Origin: Rhodosorus marinus CCMP1338
Lineage: Eukaryota > Plantae > Rhodophyta
Length of the DNA: 64,000 nt
NCBI GenBank assembly: GCA_029953675.1
Contig: JAMWBK010000009.1
Span: forward strand, 1,550,001 to 1,614,000
Direction of reading: 5' to 3'
The notes below the pieces were generated by a model. It did not search any database. It saw only the letters and a list, made by a program, of their open reading frames with translations, and was not told where the DNA came from. A program made the translations under genes and the position numbers. Positions 1 to 13,267 of the stretch are shown piece by piece (within the stretch, counting starts at the first letter, position 1; every line of letters starts with the position of its first letter).

Positions 1-927
1 GTGATGTCTTGGCAGGGCTCAGCAGCCGCTGAGACCATAATTCAGGACGGTCCACCACCGGATGTCCCAGAAGACGCTGAAGTGAGGGATATTGACGATA
101 TCGTCACTGCCGTTTCAGACGTATTGAGCCTTGACGTCCGTCAGCAGGTAGGATGTTTGGTTGTCGAGGCATGGCCCTAACTTACTTCGCCTACTATGCT
201 AAATACACTTCTTGCACGCGTGTAGGACTTGAAATCAGTTTGGAAAAGTGAACACTCTTTTGTCAGCGAGAAGTATGGGCGACGTCGGAAAAACGAGGCA
301 TTATCACCTGTTCACAGAATAGATGTAACGAACAACGTCATCAGTTCTGTTGGAGGGCACTGGTCAGACTACCGTCTTCGGGCCTGCGAGGTTGTTGATA
401 CGTTGCTGGAAATGGACGAGTCCCTTAAGAGAGGATCGGACTCCGAGTGCAGAACCGAGTTTGTGAAACTTTTAGGATCGGACGAATGGGACCCGAGTTC
501 CTTTGCGTTCATCATGCGAGACTTTGAAGAGGTTCAGATCCCAAAGACTACAGGGAGGCGTGTAGTTATGGAAACTAGTAAGATGGAAGAGAGCGTCGCC
601 AGACGCTTGGCATCGGCCTACGGAGATCAGGCCTATCGGGTGGGTCGGCTTGCTGCTCAAGGATTTGGTCGAAAGATTCTGCCCGATCATTCGGTCATGG
701 AAGCAGAGCTTGTGTATTGTGTACAGAACGAAATGGCCACGACCGTTTTGGACTTTCTTTCGAGGAGGACGAGGTTGGCGTATTTGGATCCCAAGGAGTG
801 TCTTGAGGCCCTACCTCAGATTGTACAGCTTATGGGTGAACAGCTGTCCTGGACGGCCAAAAGAAGAGAGGCGGAGCTCAAAGCCACCACCAACTTCCTC
901 AAATCAGTATCCCCTCCGGCTGAATAA
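1..927 (+). CDS. 3' part of an FAD-dependent glycerol-3-phosphate dehydrogenase-like protein (GPD2/SDP6 family), divergent; gene starts upstream of the window
   Basis: Exon 1-147, GT-AG intron 148-225, exon 226-927 in frame. The C-terminus (NEMATTVLDFLSRRTRLAYLD...ALPQIVQLMGEQLSW) matches the DAO_C domain of GlpD/GPD2. GGHWSDYR occupies the GGKWTTYR position. Confidence 0.8.
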
Positions 928-2018
928 AGCATTCACGCATGCCTGTGAATTGGACAATGGCAAATCATCCCATGTGCAGCACCATTTGTTGAAGTGTGGA
1001 AATGCAAAGGAAATCGAGCAGTTCCGATTCAAGATCAGGAACTGGCAAGATACTGCAGATCCGCCGCCAGCGTATACAGGACGGTTAGAAACCACTTTTC
1101 TACTCAGGACTAGGAACGCTCCGATCATGCACGACGTGTATAGCAGAATGAGGAGCAACACGTATGTAAAACAGCGCCTTTTGCCGATGATCAAATACAT
1201 ATGCTCGCTTCGTCAAGCGACTTTCCTTCATGGACCAGCCGTCAAGCAGCACAAGCATTCCGTGTCTCCAAAGTCACCTGTAAAATCAGAGGCCTCACTT
1301 GCCCATCAAACAAACGGGGGCGTCATCCCGAAAAGTATTGGCTGTCGGCATTCACACACGTTCATTTATGTCTTAGAACTGGGAAAGTAGATCTGTAGAG
1401 CACAATTCACCATTTCAATGATTGATCAAAAACTGATAATGGTTGTTGTTTTACAGGAAGTGCCCAAAATTCGTTCATTTCACGCTGCAAATTATTGAAT
1501 GAGCTTGCACGCAGCTCGCAACCCTCCTCCCAGACACACAGAACTTCCCAGCCCAAACCCTTCGCCATCCCCATTAAAGATGTCGTCTTTCAAACAAGCA
1601 TATATCTAACTCTAGAATAAGTCTCCTTAAAATGTCTCGCACTGAACGAAAAAAGATAACTAACGTCCTAAATGTTGTTGCTGCTCCGCATAATTTTAGA
1701 AATACGTCTTAAAATGTCCGAGTGCGGGAAAATTGTCTTCTCTGCATCAAGGGGTAACACCTTTCATAAGAATCATCTATTTATGAAATATATTCGCTCA
1801 TTTTGAGAAACTGTGCGGAAGAAACCAGGAGGGGGGACTTTGTAGGCTACCGGGTACCAGCCTTTCCGAAAAAGCATGGGAAACGTGTGGTAATACCCGC
1901 TTTAGTTGCTTTGCGTCAGAAAGCAAGGCAGAAGACGATGAAGAAAAGGTTACTTGCATATAAGATCTGATCACGAAAAACCTAACAAACAAAGAGCGCT
2001 TATGTCCAGACTTTCAAA

Positions 2019-2032
2019 TCTCTCTCTCTCTC
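2019..2032. repeat. (TC)7 microsatellite
   Basis: tctctctctctctc seen directly. Confidence 0.8.
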
Positions 2033-2600
2033 CGTCTCTCTGTCTAAATAATAAAACCGAACCCGATGCAAAGAACTGGAGGCTGAGTCACTTAGTCGAG
2101 AGGATCGAGCGTTCATCTACACATATATATAATCTGTTTTTAATTTTTTTTTTAACTACTACTCTTTCTGGTAGAGCCCCGTTTTTTTCTTTGAAGTCTC
2201 GCCCCATTCCTCATCTTTTGTTGACCACGGGGGTGTCTGTTTTTAGCTGCAGTGGAAAGAACTGGAATCGTTTTATAATTAAGTTTACAGTGGTTTTCTT
2301 GCTTTGATTGTTAAAGGCTTGGAGAAAGGCTGGGGAACAGGGTGTGCTCGTCATTGATGATGTAAAATAGATGGAAATGGGGAGGGAGCGGAGGGAAGCG
2401 GGAATGTGGACAGTCAAGCTATTTGGGAGTGTGGCGGGTTGATAGTTTGAAGTTTGGAATTGGTTTCTGGGTTTGGAAATTTGTTTTGAGGGGTGTGTGG
2501 GTCGGTTTTAGTAGGATCTAATTTGTTTTGGTACACTGGGACAGATCTGTTTGGTTTTTCTTCTTTTTTTTTGTTTGTGTTGTGTTTTCTTCTGATCGTA

Positions 2601-4329
2601 ATGGGTCAGTATCTGTCTACCCCGAGTACCGAGAAGCACTCAGAGGATGGGGCTGGGGGGATTATGGAGTATGGAGCCTCCGCGATGCAAGGGTGGAGGT
2701 TGAGCATGGAAGATGCTCATATATCTAATCCATCGGTGGCTGATGGAAGAGGGGTCTTCGCTGTGTTTGACGGTCATGGAGGCGCTGAAGTAGCCTTGTT
2801 TTGTGAAAAGCACTTGACCGAGGAATTGTTGAATTTAGCCGAGTACAAGGAGGAGCGTTTCGATGCCGCTCTGACCAGGGTGTTTCATAGGATGGATGAA
2901 ATGATTTTAAGCCCGACGTACGACAAGGAGTTGGAGAAACTAAAGAAGGAACGTCCTTACGGTGAAAAGAGGGTTCAGAACAATGACCCACCTGAAGGTA
3001 GTCGGCTTGTCCTCAAATATCAAATACTCCAGTTCGCGATTCTGCCTTTTTTAAGATTAGTGAGAGTAGCGAAAGAGGTTGTCGACGCTTCAATCTGCTC
3101 AGAATTTTCTCCTCTTGGTGACGCCCAGATCCACCAGAAGCAGACGCGGAGGAGAACGACTCGAGTCCTAAGAAGGCAGACTCTGACAAGGCTGAAAATT
3201 CAACAGGCGAGAACAACTCTGAGCAAGATGCGAGAGGAGAAGAGGCAAGAAACGTGCGGTTGCAACTTGAGGAGGGGATGCAGGCATATCTCCAAAACTT
3301 GCGGGATGCTAGGAGTAATGCACAGGCGAACAACAATGGACAGGGAACAATCATCCTGCCTTACGGGAGATCTGAGGATGATCAAAAAGCGGCTGAGTCG
3401 AAGTAAGCTTCAGCATCATCTCTAGGCTTCACTAACGGACAGTAATTTTTCCGGCTTCCCGGACAGTAATTTTTCCGGCTTCTCATCTTAGAGTCCCTCA
3501 AAATGTAATCGTGTTCCTCAGTAACGAAGGAGGTGGACAGAGCAACTTTCCACAAAATATTTCATTTTCGTATATGCTAGAGGAGCAGCAGTGCAACCTA
3601 CCTGATCACAAGATCACGGCCGGATGCACCGCTGTTGTCGCACTGGTGGTCGATAGGGAAATAATTGTCGCGAACGCTGGAGACTCGAAGGTAAGCTTGG
3701 CTCCCTAACGCGCGAATGGAGAAAGCACAACAAGAACCCCCCGTGCAAATTGAGAGGTTGGGAGTATAGGCTAGCTTGATTGCATGGAATCTCGCACCCC
3801 TGGAACCGACTCTTACAGGTTAAAAGTTGCTAAGTATTTCCTTCTCTGGATGCGCTCCGACTAGGCTGTCCTCTGCCGTGGGGGAAAGGCTATAGGGCTA
3901 TCCTTTGAGCACAAACCTTTCAACGACATAGAGAAGCGGCGAATCGAGGCGGCAGGGGGCTTCGTGTCTCCCGCAGGACGTGTAAATAATAACCTCAATT
4001 TATCCAGATCCATCGGTGACCTCAAATACAAAGGGAACAAGAGCATCCCTCCCAAGGACCAGATGATCACATCGGAGCCGGATATTTGCCGGGAAAAGAT
4101 TGAGCCGGAAGATGAGTTCATGGTCATTGCCTGCGACGGCGTATGGGATATAATGGAGAACCAGGAGTGTGTTGACTTTATTAGACAAAGAATTGGAGTG
4201 CCGGGGAAGAAACTTTCCGAAATCTGCGAGGAAATCTTCACTCTTTGCTTGGCGCAAGACCCAAAGTCGACGTCGGGATTGGGAGGCGACAACATGACCG
4301 CCGTGATCGTCCGCTTTAAGCACGAATAG
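2601..4329 (+). CDS. Protein phosphatase 2C (PPM1G/Ptc2-like) with acidic insertion, multi-exon
   Basis: MGQYLS myristoylation consensus; motifs MQGWRLSMEDAH, VFDGHGG, GCTAVV, NAGDS, RVNNNLNLSRSIGD, IACDGVWD, GGDNMT. Donors at 2998, about 3403 and about 3691. Exon structure of the central insertion is uncertain. Confidence 0.93.
3436..3482. repeat. 23-bp tandem duplication (period 24) inside the PP2C intronic region
   Basis: cggacagtaatttttccggcttc occurs at 3436 and 3460. Confidence 0.9.
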
Positions 4330-6026
4330 GGCTGTGAATTCTGTGACGTGACTATAGGATTCGGTTTTAACTGCCACCGGAACGCTGCGAGAAAGGAAAC
4401 ATGAGCCTATCCCTCGTGAAGGGTAGGACCCCGAAACGCTCGCTTGCCAATATACTTTGAGGGACACTCTCTGTGCTTATCTGTCCATGCAGGAATCATG
4501 CTTAACCACGTTGATGGGATCTAACATCAGAAGCAGTTATCGATCGCGTGGGGTGTATCTCGTGGGCCGTGGGGTTATTCCACAGTCTTAGTTGAGTTGT
4601 ATTTTCTACTTGATGCTTGAGGAAATAAAGTTTAGCTCCTCTGTGTCCAGACCAGCAAAGCCCTGCAAGCCAAGCGAGTGTAGAAGTTTTCATTTCGAAT
4701 TGAGCGACTAGGGGGGTTTCCTCGAAAGATGACAGCGTGGAGTGGAACAGATGGGAATAGTAGGAGAATGAAACAGAACAAGTGCTGCAGGATGAAAATT
4801 CGTTTCTTAGTTGGAATGAAGGGTGACCTGTTGAGACTGTACAGGATTTCTCGGTACGAAACCAAGGCATTCCTTCAAAAGGATTTCTTGCCGAGGTTTG
4901 CGGACAACCTAGCAAACTGAGGGTGGATTCCGACCTCTTAAAATTAAGTATGATACAAGATAGCTAGGCCAATTGTTTCCTTCATGAACAAGACACTGCA
5001 GAGCAGATTTCGATGTCTCTCGCTCTTATTGAGCTCTTCTGGGCCAGTCAGTCAAGAAAGGAAGCTTTGTCCATATGCCGACGGGAACAGCGTCGACAAC
5101 TCACGATCAGGTGGCGGACAAGCCAATGCTCGGATGCCTCCAGCGGCTTGTCCGCTACCCGATCATAAATTGCCAACGCTGATATAAGGCAATGCAAGGC
5201 TGACTTTCTTCACTTCAGCCATGCATTTCTCTCGTCCAAGACCATTCCAAGAGCGAGATCTGAGCACAGTCATCCTCCTCAACTACCCCCCCACCCCCAC
5301 TTCTTAATCCGCAACCCATCTATTCCAAAGAATCTTGAGCCCTCTAACACATGAACACATACACCAAAAATAATTTTTATTAAAAAGATTTTATGAACAA
5401 TTCCTCATGAACACCCCATCCGCGAACAACATCATTTCCTTCAATTATGAATATATAATCACGCCATACTCAAATTTATTTAATATAATCTATTATAATA
5501 AATTGAAAAAACAAAGTTTTGTAATGATCCATCTTCAAAAGAGATATTAGGAATTCAAAGAAAAGGAGGAGAAGTTTCCTGTCTGACGTTTGACTGTTGA
5601 AAGGCATGGTTTTTGAAATTCGGATTTTTTTGATAGGGAATTGAGGAATCCATTGTTTTTTGTGCTTTTTGAAGGGATTCGTTATGAAGATGGTGAGAGA
5701 GGGAGATAATGGAGTTTTTGGGGAGGAGGAAGGAGGGAGGAAGGAGTTATCTGGTGAACGGTGATAAGTTTCTTAGTATGAAGATGTTGTGAGACTGTTT
5801 TAGTTGAAGCAAGTTTAGAGAATTGGATAAGGATTTTTCTTTAGCCTCGTGTGTTTTATTTTTTATTTTTTTGGTCGACAAGCCTGGCGTGGTGGTTCTG
5901 TTTTTGGAAAGTGGGAGTTGGGGGAGTGAAGAGCTGGTTTCATGAAGGATCAGAAGGATTAGGGGAGGTTTTGGATATTTTTTTTGTTGTTTCTGAGGAT
6001 TTTCGGGTTTGATTAGGGAGGTAACT

Positions 6027-6769
6027 ATGTCGACTTCGAATTTTCGGTTTAGAATTCCGAGGGTCCTCGGCCCTCCACCGAAGTCTGGGCAGCTGTCGAT
6101 TGAGGCGGGGAAAACTATTATGCAGATGTTCGTTTTACTGGCGTCTATTGTTGTATGGGGTGCTCAATTGGATGCACTGGTTTATGGCCGAAGGACCGTA
6201 CCTAACTTGGTGTGAGTTGTGCATGTCGATCTGATCGGTTTGGATCTGTTTTCCTCAGTTGCCGTAGCTCTGAATCCCGCGTACGATTCTTTTTTTTCTT
6301 TTCTTTTTGCGCTACAGATGTAATGCGTCATGTATAGTAACTTTCATATTTGGTCCGTTTGCAACGCTGTTGATGATCTTGGTGCTCTTGAAATATCCTC
6401 GTTCAGTGTTCGGGCAACTTCGAAGTGAAGTATCGTCAATGGTAGCTATGTTTGCGCTTTACATAATCGTAAGCAACTTTGAAAGCACGACGGGAAAGCT
6501 TCGGAACCGATTTCGAATACTAATTCTGAATCCTCTTGTCGTATCCGATATGCTGGCAGATTGTTGCGATCGTAATGTCTAATAGTGTCCCGATTACGAA
6601 GACTGGAGTCGTCTTTTCGTGGTTGGCTCTTTTCGGTAGCATGAACGCTGTGTTTCGGGTTCTCCATACAATTCAGGAGGAAGACTGTCTCCGAAAGTAT
6701 AACGAGACCCTCGAGTCATACATTACAAATATGCCTAGAAACGAGGACGACTACATCGAGCCGGAGTAG
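6027..6769 (+). CDS. Small four-transmembrane protein, MARVEL-like, about 181 aa, 3 exons
   Basis: Exons 6027-6211, 6318-6468 and 6560-6769 join in frame across GT-AG introns and give four hydrophobic segments with a polar C-tail. The family label is inference. Confidence 0.65.
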
Positions 6770-7015
6770 CGAGTACATAGAAACCATATCATGAAATTTT
6801 CGCTCCTGCTAGTTATTATAGAGGGCCATGCCAGCCGCTTCAAACTCTCAAGTTTGCAAAGCATTTGGAAGAGCTTTTTCTTTCTGGCGCTCAACAGCGC
6901 AGGCCAACGCTGTTCTCTCGGCAGGGCTGCATAGGAAGCACCATGGAAGAAGCTTTTCTATAGCAACGAATAAAAAAGCAACACTTCTCATCACGGTACC
7001 GTTCACGAGCCCGAT

Positions 7016-8522
7016 CATGTGAAGCGGATACCAGGAGCAATGAAAGGCTGCATCCGTCGAATGATATCTCGTTCAACTTCCTCCACCTGCAAGGAAACAA
7101 ACACAGGGCACCACCGTCAACCATCAACGAAAAGGTGCCTTCGTATCGGTCCTGATTTCATGTTAACCCTTCGGGCAGAACCGTCGTACTTGCAGTTTCT
7201 CACTAGTCGGATTCTTGTCTTCGCTGGTGCCATTTCGTATCTCCTTCAATCTCTGAATCAGGTCTTTGGATATGCCCTCAACGACGTTTCTGATATCGGC
7301 GTTGAGCTTTTCGCTCTACAGGACAAGAAATTGCTAAGCTTGAAGGCGGAGTGGGTTTCGCATCACTAGCAGGCTCTCTACGGGGCACTCTACGTACCTT
7401 AATGGAGCCTAGAAAGATTGCAAGGACAGAATGATCGGCGTCCGAGTGCACGAATACTGTGATATGCTCTGTATCATCCTGTGTCATGCTCTTTGGAACA
7501 AATGGAACGGAGATTCAGAGGTCCAAAGCGCCCAACCCTATCTACGACTATCAAGTCCTCTTGGAGATGCTGATCGATGTCTTTTTCGAGCTGTTCGATT
7601 CGGTGTGTGTTCAGCTTACCATGTGTGGTGGTCTGCTGGAGATGTCATTGTGAACCTTGAACGACACTCTCTTAAGTCCTACGTCAAGGATATAAGACAT
7701 TACGTTTATACGACTGACATGATCTGTTACATGCTCAATCTGGAGGCTGTTCACTACCTCCAGCCGGAAATGACTTGGAAACTCTTGCCATTGCTTTGAG
7801 AGTCACCTGAAGGCCGGCCAAGTCTACCCCATCCGCAATGTCCATTGGCATCATCTTTTGAGTGAAAAATATTTCCATGCTATCGTTCGAAACGAGCCTG
7901 ATCTCATGCAGTTTCTGAAAAGAAGATCCACGGTGCTCAGAGGGTTAGAACAGAATCCCATTGTGAGGTAAGTAACTATTCCTCCATTATGCAGAGTTTC
8001 TTACGAGGGTCATGTCGTGTGTTGCACCCTACTGCTAGCCCTTCTACTTCAAAGTCTCGTTATTGAGATAGAGCAATTAACCGAGTTCGAGCCCCTGAAA
8101 GCTCAGGTTCTCCAGAGCATCACCTCATCCACAGATCGCAGGAGCTCAGACAATCAGATAACCTTCTCACGACGGGGTTTCTACCATCATCTTGTTCAGC
8201 CGTACAAGACAAATTTTTTTTCACTAGCAATCTTCAGTAGTCCCTTTTGTCCGTGTTCAGTTCCGTCGTGTTCTTGATGAACTTGCCCGCCGGCTACAGC
8301 TGAGATACTCTCTTCCAACGGTTCACGCACGGAACTTTTTGGTGCTGTTCTAACCGGAACTGGAAGGTCGTTAATACAATCAAGCTTGCTCAGATCTTAA
8401 TAGTGACTAAGCATCTCCTCAGCAAAGCCACGCGTCGTCTGATATACAACCAACATACGTTTCCTCCTTTCCACCCTTGCTACAAACACCTGAACATCAA
8501 AAAACATCAAAAATGGATCCAT
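7016..8522 (-). CDS. Hypothetical multi-exon protein, no recognisable family
   Basis: Several protein-like open exons on the minus strand (LSKLDCINDLPVPVR..., KLHEIRLVSNDSMEIFF..., SEKLNADIRNVVEGISKD..., VEEVERDIIRRMQPF...) flanked by GT/AG signals. The full model is not resolved. Confidence 0.45.
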
Positions 8523-8914
8523 TTCATTGGACTGTTTTGATACTAATTCTGTCTAAGAGTTTCAATTCGAAGAAATAACACTATTATAACCAATTACAAC
8601 TCCAATAAGCAATATACACTTAGTATATAACCAATCATGATATAATGTCCACTCCACTGAATTTCCCCCCGACGGATTCTTTTTTTTTTGGTAGTAAAGT
8701 GGACGCACTAGACGGTCATTGTCAGCACTTCTGATACACAAGGAGTGACTTTTTTAAAAGTTGTCACGGAGCTTTCGGAACAGGTTTAGAGGTTGAAAGT
8801 ATGAGAGACCTACGATAAGAAGGCTGGTTAAAAGCCAGGAATATAGGATTGATGCACAAGAGTTGGAAGAGTAGCAGTTTGTAACTGAGGAAGAAGTACA
8901 GTATTGGATTTGCG

Positions 8915-10107
8915 ATGAGCGGAGACTGTATTGTGGGTAGTTTTGAGGGAGCTCACGGTGTGAAGATCTGTACTTATCGATGGAATGTGAAGGGGGATCC
9001 GAAGGGAGTGATCTTCTTGCATCACGGGCTTCATGTACATACTTCGTTTGATGTTTTGGAGTTGGGAGACCAGTACAGGAATCGGTATTCTGGGTCTCTG
9101 GTTGAAGATTTCAATAGAATTGGCCTTGTTGTTTGCGGGCATGACGTAAGAGGGCATGGAAGGTCTGCAGGAAAGCGTGCTGTGGTTACCTTTGCAGAAG
9201 CTTTCGAAGATGCTGAAACTTTTATTGACAGCGTAGTCAATGAAGATGCCATTCTCTCTCGGCTTCCTGTTTTTCTTTTTGGCGTGAGCATGGGAGGGTA
9301 AGAACTCCCCGTCACCTCTTTCATATGATGCCCAGCGAGAAACTTAATCGATTTCCCGCTGATCCCAACACTGCTCCTGGGTTGTCTATAGAATGATGTG
9401 TGCGGAGCTTGGCGTGCGAAGACCTGGAAAGTACAAGGGCATCGTGCTCATAAGTGCTGCCTTGGAAGCGAACAAGGGCATTCATCCCCCCGGGGCGGAG
9501 TTCCTGAAGATGATTGCTGAACCTCTCGTATTCCTATTCCCAACTCTCCCACTTGTAACCATCCCTCCCAACAAAGCTGCAGGACTTCGCGAGCAATTCC
9601 TTGCTGATCCATTGACTTGGCACGGAAAATGCGTCGCGAAAACCAGCTACGAGTTCATAAAGGCCTTTGACAGCCTCAATATCGAGCAGCTTGAGCCTCC
9701 TTTACTCATGATGTACGGTGGAAAGGTAAGGTCGAAAGTTTCTCAATCCTTGGAACCCTCCCTAGCTGGCTTGTCTAGTACTGAAAGTGGTGCTCCATGT
9801 CTGTTCGTTTGTGTACATCAGGACCATGCGGTTGGATTAGAACAACCAAGAGAAGTTTTTAACCTCATCCAAAGTGAAGACAAGGAGCTCGTGATCTTGG
9901 ACGAGGTTTGGTGCGCCTATGAAAAAAACAACACGAACAATCTGGCAGCTTCTTTGCTTTGTGCTCGGTCTTTTGCTGTTTAAGGTAAACGCCAGCTGAG
10001 AGCAATATTTTGCTGCTGCTTTTGGAAACAGGCATGATCCGCTGCACGAACCTGGCTTTGAGGCTGTGAGAAAACAGATCCTGGGTTGGTTGTCTGACAG
10101 ATTGTAA
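8915..10107 (+). CDS. Alpha/beta hydrolase, monoacylglycerol lipase/lysophospholipase (Hydrolase_4) type, 4 exons
   Basis: PKGVIFLHHG, GHDVRGHGRS, nucleophile elbow GVSMGG, catalytic Asp (GGK|DHAV) and His (VW|HDPLHEP) restored by splicing. Confidence 0.88.
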
Positions 10108-10322
10108 GTTGAAGCTGGTAGATCAGCTGCTTCCTGCTCCACAGGCATGAAGTGATAGTTGCATTTTGGGCGGTGGCATCTACATCTCACTTCTTCTATG
10201 TGAGGGATATTCAACGATAACCTACTTCGGCTACATCCCCGGAGGGATCTCAGTGGTGTTCCGGCTGGAAGAATAGAAGTGAAAGCTGGTCTCGAAAAAG
10301 TCAAAAACTTGTCTTAGTTTAT

Positions 10323-12333
10323 CTAACCTAGATCCCGTGAAACAACAGACCCTTGTGTGTCTCCTGAATACAGCATCGTTGCAGTTCGATTCCATCCTGT
10401 ACAGGTCAACTCTTCACTTGACAAAGACACCTGTTCTCTCCACTTCTTCGCGTCGTATACCTGCGACAGAGCAGTCATAATAAGAATACACGCGCGATCG
10501 CCGGTTCTCCTATTTGCAATGTAATGACATTGGTCGTAAATTCCAAACCGTACCTTCAATCCCCTAGATCCACAAAAGGCGACGAGAGTGCCGCTCGCGT
10601 CAAAGCTAGCATTCCGTACGCTCATATCTTCGTCGAACTCGACTCCCTTCGTCGACTTGAGCTTTCTCAAGTCCCATAACTGGGCTTTCCGCTTGCCGGC
10701 GACGCTGACCAGCGAATATCCATTCTCGGAAAGAGTGAGCGTAGACACGGGCCCTGCACACGAGTCCAATTCAGCACCGCTAGTCCTCCGCCCAGCAAAA
10801 TCCCCTTTTTGGACAGAGACGAATGATCCTTACCTGACTCTGTTTCAAAACTCGCGACACTGGTAAGCGAACGGACATCCCAGACGCGAACAATTCCGTT
10901 TTCCAAGCCAGAAGCGAAAATGGCTCCATCCGGGTGGAACTCCGCGCACAAGTTGCGAGATCCTGGAACACAACGGGACGAATACGATGTGAGTCCACAC
11001 ACGTCACGCGTTGCGAGTACATATGCAACTCACTGCTTACCATCAGGATCAACAACAGATGCTAGGGTCGTCACCGTCTCTATATCATGGACAGCCCATT
11101 TCCCATCCTTTGAACAAGTCGCAAAATAATCATCTGTCGGATGGATCGAGCACCCCGTGATGCCTGATAAAAGGGAATTAAACTCCTCAGTACACTCTGA
11201 GCCGAATCGCATGTTCTTCGCGCTATGGATTGCTGATACTTACCCATTGAATGATATTTGAAGGAGGCCTTTTGGCTAAATCCGCCCTCACCGTGGCGGG
11301 CGATGCTAGATTTCTGATCGGCTCCTGTCGATATCACAACATCTGCTGCAGAGCTCAGCGACAGTGCGGTGATTCCACCTTCATGTGCTTTGAACTGACT
11401 CTGAATCTCCGTGCACTGTTCGTTAAAAACTTTACAAGACCCATCCGAGCATCCAACGAAAACATAACCATGCGATGGGTTCTCCACTTTCATCGCCGTT
11501 CGCATCACCTCGACTGATACTCCTTCCACATGGTACTCTCGGGAGTCTTTTTCGCCGAGACCGGAGGATGCGCTCGGCTTCAACAGTCCCGAAATTGCAG
11601 GTCTCTTCATTCGCCACTTCTTCAGTGCGTCTGCTTTCTTCCCAATATTCTCTATCACCTCTTCGGACAACGACTTAGGTTCATCGGCGTCGGATTTTTC
11701 CACCTCCATAGCGTCCACTTCATTCACGTTAGAACCGCCGTTCATCTTGTTCACACTCCCGTCCTGCATGTACACACCCTTCTTGCGAAGCTCCATCAGT
11801 GCTTTTCTAGCCTCATCCCGCTCATCCGTTAGTCGAGCAATGACGCGAAGGGATGCGTCATAGTAGTATAAGGAATGCGAGAGTTCCAATCGCGTCGACT
11901 TCAAAGTCTGCTTGAGCTTGAAGGACTCCAACATTACCGAATCCCACTCATTTCGCAGCTGAGTGAGAGTTCCAGGAATCGAAGTGTTTGTGATCGGGGT
12001 TGGTTTGACACTAGAGCCGGACACCTTCACACTAATGAGATCCTCCTCTGTCAGATCCTCCCCAGTTTCCGGATCCTTCCCTCCTGTCGCAAGCAGATGC
12101 TGCAAAATGAGGCGCTTCTCATATACATGCCCAGATTTCCTGCTCACCACCGGTTCCTCCGGGGTAATTCCCGATACTGAAAGACGTAGCGATTGAACCG
12201 CACGTGAGATGCTTTGTCACTCAAGGTGTGACATCCATTGCCGACAATCGAAGAAAGTAGAAACAAGAAAGGAACAGAGCATCTAGGATCTGCAAAACAA
12301 GTAGGATGGTGGATACTTACTTGCGCAGAACAT
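10323..12333 (-). CDS. PRP19: Pre-mRNA-processing factor 19 (U-box + coiled coil + WD40)
   Basis: 13-nt first exon (12321-12333) spliced to 12176 gives [28 protein letters not shown] (U-box). TSIPGTLTQLRNEWDSVMLESF...RLELSHSLY is the Prp19 coiled coil. WD40 exons follow. Confidence 0.95.
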
Positions 12334-12517
12334 CCGGGATTGACACAACGTCAGCGGCAAAAAAAAGAGAAGAAAGCCACGTACGCCAGCCTCTCAAAAC
12401 TATTCAAATTCCTCCGAAAATAGATCCGCCCGACCCCGCCCCCCGCTCACAACGTTGAACCTCTCTTCAAGAACCAAACACCTCCAGTTCGCCCACACCT
12501 CTTTCGACCATCAAGAG

Positions 12518-12535
12518 CACACACACACACACACA
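12518..12535. repeat. (CA)9 microsatellite
   Basis: seen directly. Confidence 0.85.
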
Positions 12536-13267
12536 GACAAACAGACAAACAGTCACGTCTACAACAAACTAAAACAGAACCAACGAAATTCGCTGTTTCC
12601 TAACCTATAATAAAAGATACATTCATCAAGATCAGAAAATAAATCTCCCTTGCCTAACTTCTTTACCGTCAACTTCTTCCCCTTCACCACATCCACCTCC
12701 TCCCCAACAAAGTTCCCCCCGGACAGACTCACACCAGCAAATATAAAATAAAATACCATTAGTCGGTTTTACCAAAATCCCATTCTTGCCTTTTTCATTC
12801 CCTCTAAACAATCGTCTTTCTAAACAGCAAAAAAGCTGATGTGACCTTCCCATCATCCCGCCCACGCGCCATCGGGATATAATAGTACTTTTAATATATT
12901 GTACTATGTACTAAAACTTAATACTTGAAATTGAGAATATTTTTGGTACTGTTCTTAATAATGGAAGCTATATGCTTTATTTAGAATTTCTTTATGTGTA
13001 TTTTGGATATGTTTCGAAGCCTTTGGCAATGAGAGGAGATGGGATTGGTTTACTTCAGAGAAAATTTCGGAAAAAAATCTGGCACGCTGTATTTCCTCTT
13101 GCGAAGAAAATTTGATGAGAGCCGAAAATATTTTTATGGGATGAATAAATTGTCGTAGGGGTTTTTTGTTTTTTTTGATGGAGTATTTAGGTACGATTTT
13201 TTGGGGGGCAGCAGGAATCGTCGGGCGAGCGGTTTTCTGGAGCGCATCTCTGTTTGTGAGATCGATG

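Noticed and set aside
650-1390. 246-aa plus-strand ORF overlapping the GPD-like gene
   Set aside because: Alternative-frame shadow with a non-ATG start and no motifs
2998-3425. C-terminal half of the 310-aa ORF at 2493-3425 (R-rich)
   Set aside because: Read-through into intron and wrong frame; the real PP2C continues in the acidic frame after splicing
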